The position numbers and the translations under genes were made by a program. A stretch of DNA of 58,657 nt, the filler included, from Sphacelaria rigidula (lineage: Eukaryota), in the NCBI GenBank assembly GCA_964200075.2. It is 5 parts of 5 records of this genome, joined end to end, with 100 filler letters (N's around TTAATTAATTAA, not from the genome) between each part and the next. Parts side by side here need not be neighbours in the genome. Positions count along the whole stretch, not along the records: positions 23,507 to 35,157 come from CAXNAA020004662.1; positions 35,258 to 46,907 come from CAXNAA020004663.1; 3 more parts are not named here. One strand, given 5' to 3'. The stretch's first letter is position 1, and each line of letters starts with the position of its first letter. Below the pieces are notes generated by a model, which saw only the letters and a program-made list of their open reading frames with translations, was not told the DNA's origin and searched no databases. This document shows, piece by piece, positions 26,030 through 37,204 of this stretch.

Positions 26030-28756
26030 GGCGACACAAAGTACACGGCTAAGCCGGGTGACGAGATAGTGGAGCGTCCAAGACAGGGGCGACCATCAAC
26101 CAGAGACCATCAGCAGGCAAGCCATTGCCGACGAGAGTTACCATAGTAGCAGGCGGTGATGTGGCCGTGTGCGTGTAGAAGGTGTAATCCACGCTTGCTT
26201 TGATCGGCCCTTGCATGTACTCGAAGCCGGCACACTACAGAATAGGCAAACAACAGGGCTTTCATCTCACGACGGCGATATTTATTTTGTAGGGCTGATT
26301 GTCCACATCAGTACTTTGTCGTGGGTGCTAGCACATACTACTCGCTAAATGAAAACAGCGAGCGAACGGGTATCGTAGCATCAACTAACTTGTTTGTGAC
26401 CCTGGACAACTGGACAAGGCAGGTTCTCATAGATGAAAAAGACGGAATTGGTCGAACGGCCTCAATTGCTGAGAATATCACCCCTCCAGGGGACTATCTA
26501 GGTGAAGGTTAACTAGCGTTGGGCAGAAGCAGCTGTAGGCTTCGAGGCTCTGCCCAGGAGGTGTGACGGTGCAGCTCTAGCACTGTGCAGGGCAAAATAT
26601 GTACCGCCACGAGGCGATGTGCCAGCTATTGCCTGGTCATACAGGTCACACAGCAATAACACATCTTGCCTTGCCCTCAGATATCTACATGGCGTTGTTG
26701 TCATTCGGTATTACCCGCCTTTATCGTGTTCGATACACCTGATATTTGTTGGAGAAGAAAGACTCGATGGTGTGAGCGACGCCAGACGCCCGGTGAGCTA
26801 GCTGTCTGTGCTATCTCTATCACCGTTATCACCGACTCTCCAAGTCCCTCATTTTTCCCTGTGAGGCCGCTCGTGCATCCGATAACCACGGAACGCTGTG
26901 TCGTTGGGCCATTTCTGCCATAAATGTATCGGCAGGATTTCGTCACGTCCCACTTCTTTCCGAATGCCAAGCGCAAAGTCAACGGCAAACTCGCGGACCG
27001 GTACCAGCTGGGAGTGCTCGCGGTGCACATGTTCGGAGGGTCGGATCTTCGTTCCCTACCTTCCACAATGAGCAAAGGTTAGTGCATGCACATATTTTGC
27101 TGAACCTCCTTGAAAGTTTTGCCTGTCGTTTTTTGGTGATGTTTCAGCTAGTTGTTAATCTCCTGTCGCATGCCGAGTTTCGAGTACTCTGGCTTGTTTT
27201 GGCTGAAGCAGTCGTGTTGCGCCGAGCGCTTTTCCGATAGCGTTCCCACGGTAGGGTACAGGCTAGGTCTGCCAAGGAGAACAACGATGCTGTGCCATAG
27301 CTTTGTCCCGGGTTCATATTCGAGTCGAGTCTTTGACCTCCACGCACCCTCCTTCCGATAGGGAAAAACAGAGCATGTTAGTTTTTTTTTTTATTTCCTG
27401 TCTGCCTCTCCGTGATGAGTCTTGAGGATCGTGGGTGATGCCCGGCCATTCCTTGTACTCCTTGGGATCAAATAACTTGAAATTATAGTAGCAAATACTT
27501 TCGAGCTGGACGTGGTCTTGCTCAATGGAAGTGTGAGGACGTGAGCAGCAAGCAGTATTCGACGAGAGTCGACAGGATGCAGTAGTACTGACCCAGCTGA
27601 TGACAAATTACAAAGCCGGCACGGGGGAAGAGGTGGGCTGGTGAAGGATCCTTCAAGAGTGCGAAATTGTCCTGAAGAAGAGAGGAAGTGGGGGGATTCA
27701 AAAGCCCGACAACAACAAACATGCTTGTGGTGATGATGGTGCCAAAATAACACACTAGCAACAGTCAACCTTCGCATCTTGTTGAACCCGACATGTGTGT
27801 GAGGATGCAGGTTATGATTCTAGCGCGGACCCCTGGTAAGGACAGAAAATTCCAAAATCAAACGTTCTTACCGGAGCAATTTCCTGGCACCTACGCATAC
27901 TCCACAGCCTTGTATGTGGGTTGTCTCGAGCTGATAGGGTTGCTCAGAAGCAGGAACAACACCATAACGTTCGATACCACTCAAAGCATGGCACGAGTCT
28001 GTTTGTATCACAAGCCGCCAAAATCATCTCGAATGCCGCGAAGTGCAAAGAAATCCACGTGGCCCGGGGGGCTTGCGTTCAAGTCACACAAGTAATGTAA
28101 CTCTAGCCCAAGAGGCAGGAGTCAGCTACCGGCAACAACTGTCAGTCTCTGTAATATCTATGTGAGTATCAGTGCAGCCGCCGTGACCATGACTAGATTG
28201 CTTATCCAGGACGAACACGAGGAACATGTGAGGAATGAAACTGCGTCCCGGAAGGTTTTTGCTCACATAGGAGTCTTTGGCTCGGTACGGAGCAGTACGT
28301 CGCTGCCTAGTCCGAGCCACGGCCTTGTCTTCGTTTTTTTTTTATTATCTTGGCGTGAAGTCAATGTTTTCACAGCTTCGTGGCTTCCCTGTAGCTATGG
28401 CACAACATGTTGACACTTGATGAATATTGTGAAGCTAGTGAAGCCGTCAAATGCTACTTGGAAAGTAGGTGACTTTTTAAATTGATGAAGAATGAAGAAC
28501 GACAGTCCAACAAATTAAGGGTTAGGACGTTGTGGTGAGGGACGTTTGTACTACTTGGTGTCCCGAGCTTGTTGTTCAGACGCATATACTGCGCATGTTT
28601 CACACCTGTATTGATCGTTTGTCGTGCGTATGGTGCGCGTGTGTCACGATTTGGCGATTTCCAGACCTCGGGGACATGTTCAGGGCCATGACTTCCGCCG
28701 ATCCGACTCATCGGTTGGCGCCTGAGGCAAAGTTGGACGACTTCCCTTTTATGAAG
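26030..28756 (+). pseudogene. Decayed multi-exon protein kinase-like gene
   Basis: AG/GT-bounded segments in kinase subdomain order: 26030-26155 (KYTAK, II); 26293-26501 (HQYFVV...TLDNW, IV-V); 26681-26792 (YLHGVVVI, VI); 27148-27250 (LACFG*S, VII); 27811-27835 (GYDSSADPW, IX); ~27913 ALYVGCLELIG; 28210-28284 (KVFAHIGVFG, X); 28395-28437; 28665-28756 (MFRAMTSADPTHRL...FPF, XI). Frameshifts, stops, and lost HRD/DFG. Confidence 0.55.
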
Positions 28757-29468
28757 GTGAGTGACGTCACCATTTTGACTGTTCGTGGTCCTTGGTCAAG
28801 GAGTTCGTGCCATTTGGAGTGGTGATGTTGAATGACTACATGAAGGTGTCGTTATCCCCTGCGCCTCAACGGGTCAGTCTGTAGCTCTTGCATGCATGGA
28901 GCAAGGGCAGTGCGTGAGTGGTTGATGCGCGACTAGTCGAGGATCAGTAGGCTTGAAGCTGCCGCCCCTGTTCGGGCAAAAGCGGAACGGGGGGATGGGG
29001 CACACTGGCACAAAGTAGTTCGTTGCCTCCAAGCTCGATCCGAGCAGTTGTTGACTGCACTGAAACTACGTAGTCGCGGACGACAGTGAACACAAGCCAT
29101 TCAAATGTCACACTAAATGCAAGTAATATACTGAGTATGAGGGTAATTTCATGCCAGAAGCCATTTTTCGGAGGTGGATATCAGCGCTTTTCTCGAATAT
29201 TTCAACCTTGCATGAGAGCACTATCAAGCTCCCAACCGATCCGCCAGCACAGGGCAGATATAGATGAGATGGCTCACACGGGTGGTCCCTGGTTGGTGAA
29301 GGTGTCGTCCAGTCGCGTACATAGTGGAGTAACAGATAAAGCAAAGCAAAGCTTTTGCGTGGATGTTTCCTCATTTTATGCCTCCGACGGGGTCGGGCGG
29401 GGGAGAAGGGTATGGTTCCAAGCCTGCAGTTGGGAAGGCTCGTCGGGGCCGATGTCTGCTGTTTCGGT

Positions 29469-29470
<2 letters not shown>

Positions 29471-29511
<41 letters not shown>

Positions 29512-29523
29512 TGTGTTTGTGTG
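29471..29523. repeat. (GT)n microsatellite
   Basis: Directly visible. Confidence 0.92.
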
Positions 29524-30204
29524 AAGTGCGATGAAAAGTCCGGTGTCATCTCTTCTCTTCCTCCGCTATTCATGCACGATGAGCAATTTTGTTTCCCATT
29601 TCTTGAGTGGTCCTTCGCACGTTTTGACGCTTCAAAATTTGTTGCCCATGGTGTATCATGGAATAAAACGCCACCCGGCCGGTCGTCAGCGCGACTGGTT
29701 TCTCGCTGTCTAAAACACACCGTTCGCGGGGCAAAATTGAAACGGTATATATACCATGTCGATGTTGGACGCTCTAGTGCGCAGAGGAGGCAATCGTTCC
29801 CCATTTTGTGCCGGGAAGCTGTTCCCTTGCACGGTGAGTTGATTGCCAACCGCGGTCCTTGTAGTGCCCCCTTGAGCTGCCAACACGGTAGCGTTCTTTG
29901 CTGCCCCAGGAGACCGATCGTGCAACGATTTGACGGTGACTCTAACGTTCTGTTCCACGCGTATTCGATGCCCGTTACCCTTCACCCAACCCATTGTGCG
30001 CAGAGGTTGCAAGCAGGCATGGAGGGGGGAAAAGACCGGGGGGCAACCGCACGGAGACAGCGCTGCCTACACTGCGTTCAGACACGGCGACCGAAACGGT
30101 TCACAAGGCCGTGCAAGCCCCCGGCCCCAAGCTTTCGTGCCCCGCTGCTTTGCTCCAGTACGTCGAGAGGTTGTTGGTGGAAGACTATAAGCGGAACCAG
30201 GTAG

Positions 30205-30606
30205 GAGGGTAACAGCAAAGAGCAGCAGCCCGAGGGTGGTGGTAGCAGCAGTGGCCGCGGCGGACAGAGCAGCGACCAGTCACCATCGGCAGCGACGAGC
30301 AAAGGTACCAGCGCTGCCCCTGATGACCCAGCGCAAGGTCGATTGGGCGAGGCAGTCAACCAGCTGGGAGCGGACGGGAACTCGAGTGCAGATCAGGGAG
30401 AGTCTGAAACCATTGGGCAAAGGGTGAAGCGCCGTCTTCAGGCTGTGCGGAGGACAAATGGAGAAAGTAGCAGAGGGGTGTCTGTGGGCGGAGGCAGCAG
30501 CGGCGACACTGCGGTCAGCAAGCGGCAGGGAGGAGGGACCAAGGCACGAGGAGGCCGCGCGGGGCGCGTACTGCCGCAGGTGATGGAAGAGGAAACCGAG
30601 GATTGA
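30205..30606 (+). CDS. Possible low-complexity terminal exon fragment (Gly/Ser-rich, ends ...VMEEETED*)
   Basis: Open GC-rich frame EGNSKEQQPEGGGSSSGRGG...; no recognisable domain; may be pseudogenic. Confidence 0.25.
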   Translation, partial: EGNSKEQQPEGGGSSSGRGGQSSDQSPSAATSKGTSAAPDDPAQGRLGEAVNQLGADGNSSADQGESETIGQRVKRRLQAVRRTNGESSRGVSVGGGSSGDTAVSKRQGGGTKARGGRAGRVLPQVMEEETED

Positions 30607-33559
30607 AATGAAAAGTTGTCAGGGAACTGGCCAGTAGGTCTCACGGCAAGTTGTGTCCTTGGAAAGAGTTTCCACTTGCCTTGGATGTTTCTTGCATAAT
30701 TTCGTTTCTCACGAGGCGTACGTGTCCTTCGGGTAGCGTCCGAGGCAGCGGAGTTAGTGGCTTATGTGGGAAGCTCATCATGCTGGATAGGTGTCATGTG
30801 TTCGAGGTTACACTGCCCGCTTTCACCCCATTCGAGTCTGCGCGATGTAGGCACGAACCTTGACGTGTGTTGAGTCGGTTCTGCCATGCTCTGGCTTCGG
30901 CGTCAACGTTGCGAATCACGTGCTTGGCTCTTTACGCTGCATGTTGCTGCGCTGGCGTTCTTGCCACAAGACACACGTGGTTTCTTTGTCTGTGCTGCTT
31001 GTGCATCTCCAGCGACATTTCACCGTGTTGATTGCTTCATGGGCCAGGATTCACTGGAGGCGCAAAGTACTGGCGTTCCGTAATATCTCTCCCGTGAGCC
31101 GTATTTATTTCTTGTTCGCTACGACAATCATCAGGCTACGCGTGCGGAGCCTGTCAAGAGGGCGAGGGGGGCTCGCGGTGGGACTCAGGGCTCCTCGGCA
31201 GGACGACAGCAGGTATGGTTCCTCACAACCTGTTGGTATCGTGGTGTACTGCAGTACGTGCCGAGTTTAGAGTACAACATATCTTGAGAGCGTGTCGGAT
31301 TGTAACTACGGAAAGAACGCTTCGCGACGCTCTCTGTTGCGGTTACTCCAAGATTGATATGATAGAGCATGGCGGTAAGACCAAGGAAACCCACGAGGGG
31401 AACTCCCGCCAGCATAACGGCTTGAAACGAGGCGGTATCATGGTGTTCGGGGTTTGTAGCCACGGGTGTTCACCACGCGGCCTTTCTCGTTCAGCTTTGC
31501 GTCTATTGTATTGTGTGTTGTGTATTACGATATACAGTAAGTTTCACCTTACCACAGAGTGGAAGGGAAGGGTGGTGCAACCCATCTCAGCACAAACGGT
31601 GTGTGTTGAATACCTCGTCCTCTTGGCCACAACTTTCGACGCATGCTTGCTGGGAATAGTCGTCCGACAGTGACTGTGTAGCCAAACAACGGTTGCCATG
31701 TAAATCGTCGGGGATTGTGGAACCCGTTTGGCACGAAAGTTCTTTGTAGTTCTCCGAGTCATGATGAGCAGGAGTCTTCGTGCAGCGTTGTCCATAGTTT
31801 CTCCTCGCTTGGTGCGTGTGCGTTTGACCCACCATGATGGTATTTGAACTGTAGGGGCTCGATCGCTGAAGTAGTGGGAATGGTGTACCGCTCGGTTCAT
31901 GTTTTCACCCCGGCCCTTGACAACAATTGCGTATGGCCGTGACCGCATACTCCGAAGTTGAAAACAGTGCAGCGGCAAAGTATTTCATCTTCGTCATGCC
32001 GCCTGCTTCGAATTCTGTGTGCTGGGCCACGCGTGACTGGACAACCAGAGTCATGCTACTGCCGGGGTCGCGCATTTGGACCCAGATGTTTGTCGATGAG
32101 GGGCCCCAAAAGTTAGGATCTACACAAGAGGATGCATTGGGATATTCCCGTTCTCAAATTCATTCGGGATACCCCTAGACGATCGGAATACTAATCATAA
32201 CGTGCTCTGGCATATTTCTATGAGTCGTTTACTGGGTGAAATAGAGGCATCCGAAGAATTGAAACCTCATAGAATATTTGTGCACCCCTACCGTAGCACC
32301 AGTCACGAGGAGCAAAGGAAGCACCCCTGGTGGGTGTGCAGAAAAAATACTTTCGCACAGCGATCAAATGACTCGCCCGCTACCCGTTTGTTCTCCGTCG
32401 AACCCTTTTGAACCGCCGGATTCACCTGGCTTCCCCGTCTACTGTAGGGTGAGGGACGAGTGACACGTGAGGGCCAGGGAATACCGGCGGCAAAGGGCAA
32501 GCAAGCGCGAGCGGCTGCGGCCGGAAGGAGCGGTGGAAGTAGGTCCGGGCCGGGAGGAGCACGGCGGCCAGGGGCAAGCGGGGCCGCGCGGAGACGACGA
32601 TGCGGAGGATGTCGGCGTGGGCTTCCCCGCCAAAAAGTCGAAAGATGAGCATGGCAACGCACAAAGCAGCAGCAGAGGACAGGAGGCGGCGGCAGGGGGG
32701 GAGGCTAGGAAGGTGAAGCCTGTGGTGAGGGAAGGCTGGGGTTGTGTTTAGAGACCATGGATATACATTCTGTACTTGCGCAGATTGAATCAAAGATTGG
32801 CGAAGTTGAAACCGTCTCACGCACGTTCTCATCTAAATCATGGCAAAATGTGTCCAGATTCCTTGGAACATGATGCGCGATGTCTAAATCACGGATCGTG
32901 CTAAAAAAAACGTCGATATCATACAAGAAAAGAAAAGAGTTCCAAACAACACACCAGTAGACCATGCTGGACAATGTAACCAATACACGCCCTCGCTGCA
33001 GTGACCGCCTAATTTCGCTTGCTCACTTGCGACGTCTACAGGAACCCGCAGCAAACGACGAGGGACGGAATGGAAACAAGAGAGAGGGCGTCTGGGCCGC
33101 CCGCCGCCGCCACCGACGGGGTGGTGGTGGCGGTGGTGGCGGTGGTGGCAGCGGTGGATCCGGATCCACCGCTGTCGCCGGTACATCTCCTCCCTCGTGC
33201 TAAGGCACGGGGGGGGGCACATCAAAACGGGACAATTTGGGTATTTTGACGGCGTGGAAATATACGGGAGGTCTACACCAGGACCAGGGTGCCTGGGTAC
33301 AGTGGATACACGAGGTGGAGGTGAGATGATGCAGTCAGCCATCCTATTGGTTGACTACGCTACATGAAGCTCTACAGGCAGCGCATCCACATGAAGTATT
33401 AGTCTGGAGCGGTGGTGTGGTTGGGCAGCGGGTCATTTCGGAACAGACAGGAGGCGGGAGAGCACAAACGAGCAGCTAGCAAGGGGAACATGGAGGTCAT
33501 GTGATTGAGATGAGCGGCATGGATGTAGCTCGCACCTGCTGCCGGAGTTATCGTGCACT

Positions 33560-34090
33560 CCTGCACGGTTGGGCTTGGCACCGGGGCTATAGGTTCGACT
33601 AGGGGCTAGGGTGGGAGCGGCTACACATGTATGCATACCCGAACCGTGCACCTGCTGGGTCCCGTACGGAGATGGGGACATTCTGCATCCAATTCGCCTC
33701 GTATGCTGTTCTTCAGCGTCATGAATGGAAACATCCGGGCAGGTGCAGCTGTAAAGATGAATTTTCATAGAGCAGTATACGGTATGAGAAGCCGGGTACA
33801 TGCCCGCACAATAACTTTCTCGGCCGAGAAACAACTCCGACTCTGTACCAGCAGCTTGTTCGTCTTTCGTTTCCACTCTGAAAAGGTCGTTTGCTCGTTG
33901 TGCTGGTATGCGTCAGCATTTCCCCTGTGTTCGACGAAGTCATGAAGCAGCAGCATGGACGGCAGCAAGCGATGTCGCGGTAGTGAATGCTTTGCCGTCT
34001 TGCCTTCTTGAAGTCAAATAGTGATGACCGCCGCCTGGTGTGCTTCAATTCCTGACTAGCAGATTTATCGACTGCAGTGGGGAGGCACCA
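33560..34090 (-). pseudogene. Possible MULE/Mutator transposase remnant with SWIM-like motif
   Basis: Minus-strand ...HTVYCSMKIHLYSCTCPD...GC (SWIM CxC...CxH-like), preceded by a frameshifted IEAHQAAV resembling the MULE TNNxxESxH block. Confidence 0.3.
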
Positions 34091-35157
34091 CCCAGCTACC
34101 CAAGAGACGCCGCGCCCTGCGATACTTGGGTCATGACTCCCCGATGAGGTTGCACGAACAGCGATCTGACGGCACTACACCGGGGATCATGTTTCCTCAA
34201 GCAGCCCAAGCTGGATGTCTACCAGCTGTGCAACATGCGGCTCTACTTCGTCCTTCACACAGACAAGCTGTCCTGGACTGCCCGTCAAGCCAGACTCGCG
34301 ATTTTGCCTCGGTTCATTCAATTGTGCCTCAGCTTGCCGCCCCAGAGGTGCGGTCTTGTTCGCACCCCTCTTTCCCTCGTATGAAGGGGTGGTCCCGTCG
34401 GGCAGTAGCATCTCTCTCTCTCTCTCTCTCATCCTTGATGCACGCGTCACTTGTGCTTCTGTGATCCATCGTCGCATTATGTGTAGTACCATCGTGATGA
34501 CCGTATGAGGACGTAATCTCAAGTCGTGCACTCCAATTCAGGCATTTGATATTCGGGTTCCCTTCATGTGGGGACTGGAAGGGAAGGCAGGGGTTGATTG
34601 ACTGGCAAGTTCTCAATACCTGGGTGCTTGGTGACCGTGGTTTGGGTTGGAGTGGGGTGGCCGTTGGCGCGGAGTGGCTGTCTGCTCGCAGTGACGTGGT
34701 GGCTCGTGTCTTCTTTGATATGGATAATTTATTCATGGCAAGGGTGCACGTTGCCGCCGGGTTGCGTCAGTTCACTGGGGGGTCAGTATGGTGGTAACGG
34801 GGGGAAGAGGGGAGACTGCAATGGGAGTAGATGGGAAGGATCGGAACGGAAATACGGAAGGAAGAAGGGATGGGACTGAGGGAGGAAAAGGGGTTGACTT
34901 GGAGAGAAAGGGGGTGATAAGGGGAGGAAGGTGTTGATGAGGGGAGGAGGGTGGAAGTGCGGTGGAAGGGGGGGTGGTACGGGGGAAAGACGGTTTGTAC
35001 GGGGGAGGGAGGGGATGGGGGAGGGAGGAGGGTGGGAGTACAAGGGGAGAACCGCAGTAGAAGCACCGGAAGAGGGTGGAGGGGGGAGAATCAGGGTTCT
35101 CGGGAGGGTCAAGGTATGCTTTCCACCCAAGCCGGTCGGCGCGGAGAGTTCTCTGGT

Positions 35158-35257
35158 NNNNNNNNNNNNNNNNNNNNNNNNNNNNNNNNNNNNNNNNNNN
35201 NTTAATTAATTAANNNNNNNNNNNNNNNNNNNNNNNNNNNNNNNNNNNNNNNNNNNN
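35158..35257. other. Artificial scaffold spacer
   Basis: Same spacer. Confidence 0.97.
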
Positions 35258-36998
35258 AAGGAATAACTGCATCTCTTGATCCACTCCGATTGTTGGCCAT
35301 GCCCGCTCCTTGTCCAGGGCAGAAGAGCAGGTGAAAAAATAATTACAGAAATAATCGAAAAAGAAGGCGTTGCTCTTGCGCCGCCGACAAAGAGCAGGAC
35401 ACCATCGCCCAAGTACTCGCTTTGCGTCACGTGCGAGTTGATAGTCGCAGTCGATCGTGTGGAAACCATCCTTCCGTGTGACGTCCACACATTATTGATG
35501 GTAGATGGCACGTACCGCACACAAGGCACACAGATGCATGCCCATGTTGGCTGCCATACACCATGCCGTGCGTCCACGGAAGCGGTACGGCAGCGATTAG
35601 ACTGCTGTATTCTTGTAGGAAGACACGAAGGACACGGGCAAGGACCTTGTGGTCGGGCACGGGTTCCCCGGTGCCGTCGTCGGCGACAAGCGTACGGGTA
35701 GCCATGCCAACTTTCAAAACTAGTTGGCACCCGAGGACAAGCGAAACCGCGTTCCCTCACTGAACTGTTTCGGGCGAATTGTCGAAACCCCCCAAATAGG
35801 TTCAACCCCATTTTATTGTTGAACCCCAAAAAAATAAAATCGGCTGTTTTTTGCAGTTTGTTTTGGACTTTAGTTTTGAATTCCGGAGGGGTCAGGCAGG
35901 GCGGCAATCATGGCTCTAGTGATGATGTGTGCCGGGCCTGGTTTATAGGTACGGTCCATTTCGCGTAAAACACGCTCTGCACCCTCATTTCCCTTGAAAT
36001 ATTCTTGCAAGGCACTGTTGAATCGGATCGTGCAGCAACTGTCTTTTTGACACCGGCTGCGGCCCCAGTTGAATCCGTTTCCATTCCTACCCAGCATTTC
36101 GCATGCCGTGCGATCCCTTCCCTAATCCGGGCGTTAGAGAGCTCAGTGTCATCAAAAACAGTGTATGACAGGCCGAGGCACTAGCTTCTCCATGGTCAAT
36201 AGTGCGCTCTATACAGTTCAAGTCTTGTTCCGTCGAGGGACGACCTGTTTGTATTCCTGATATTTCTGCGGAAACCGTCGCGATGCTTGCCCACTGAACA
36301 AGCGCCCATACCCAGGCGCCTTGAGCGATTCCCCCGCAATCAAATCCGTCACATTGAACTTCACCTCTTCGTCGTCCCCCTCCTCGTCAGAGTTAGACTC
36401 CTCGCTCACGTTCGTTCGCGCCATCTTTCAAACGTTTCCTGCACTCCGTGCTCCGTCGTATCTACGCCTATGTTATTCAACGAGCGTCCTCGCCTACTTA
36501 AGGGTTCAACGACGCCGTTCAGAGACCACAAGTTTCTTGAGTAAAAATTTACTGTAGACTTGGCAGGAATCAGAACAAGGTCTGAGTGCTTGCTCCATAG
36601 GCTTCCTCCCCAGCAGGGCTTCAGAGACTCCAAGACAGATCAGTTATACAAACAGTTGTCTTCATTAAACTGGAAGTAAGCTTCATGGGCTTTCCTAACG
36701 AACACGATCTGTTGCGCATCCAATAGTCATCCTCCAACCAATCAATCCAGGATCCACCGCATATCTACATGTTGCATGTATGCTGTAGGTGGACTACTCT
36801 ATTTGTTTCACAGAGTGGATTACAGGCCTTACTTTACAGCGCATCGTCGATGCCAAACATCACTTGAACCAGGGGGCGGCGCAGAGAAACGTTTCGGACA
36901 CGTAGCTGCCCCCCCCCCCCGTTCCGGAGGGCATTTTTTCGAAAATTGCCATGACTTTTCTTTTTTTGACAACTTTGTCCATAGCAATTGATCAATAG

Positions 36999-37204
36999 GG
37001 GTATCTCAAACTCGGTTTCCGGTTTCCTGGATTGTTTGTTCTATTTTCCCAAGCGAAAGCGATGGCGATTCATCAGATGATGATACTCTTTGACCGCCAG
37101 GTCAGGTCCTCCTATGAATCGCCAAAACTATCACTTGAAAAAATGGTTCAAACCCCAGAGCCAGCGAATAAACCAGGAAACCAGGAACCGAGTTCAAGAC
37201 ACCT
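36999..37204. mobile_element. MITE (~205 bp) with ~32-bp TIRs
   Basis: GGGTATCTCAAACTCGGTTTCCGGTTTCCTGG versus reverse complement of right end AGGTGTCTTGAACTCGGTTCCTGGTTTCCTGG. Confidence 0.68.

Noticed and set aside
29086..30204. Longest ORF (372 aa)
   Set aside because: It reads through a (GT)n microsatellite (VCVCVC), starts at a non-ATG codon and has no recognisable domain, so it is probably a chance ORF.
31185..31463. 92-aa minus-strand ORF with a hydrophobic segment
   Set aside because: No family recognised and no supporting splice structure.
34795..35100. Purine/G-rich tract as a G-quadruplex or telomeric element
   Set aside because: It has no regular unit and lies at a scaffold end; low-complexity or low-quality sequence cannot be excluded.
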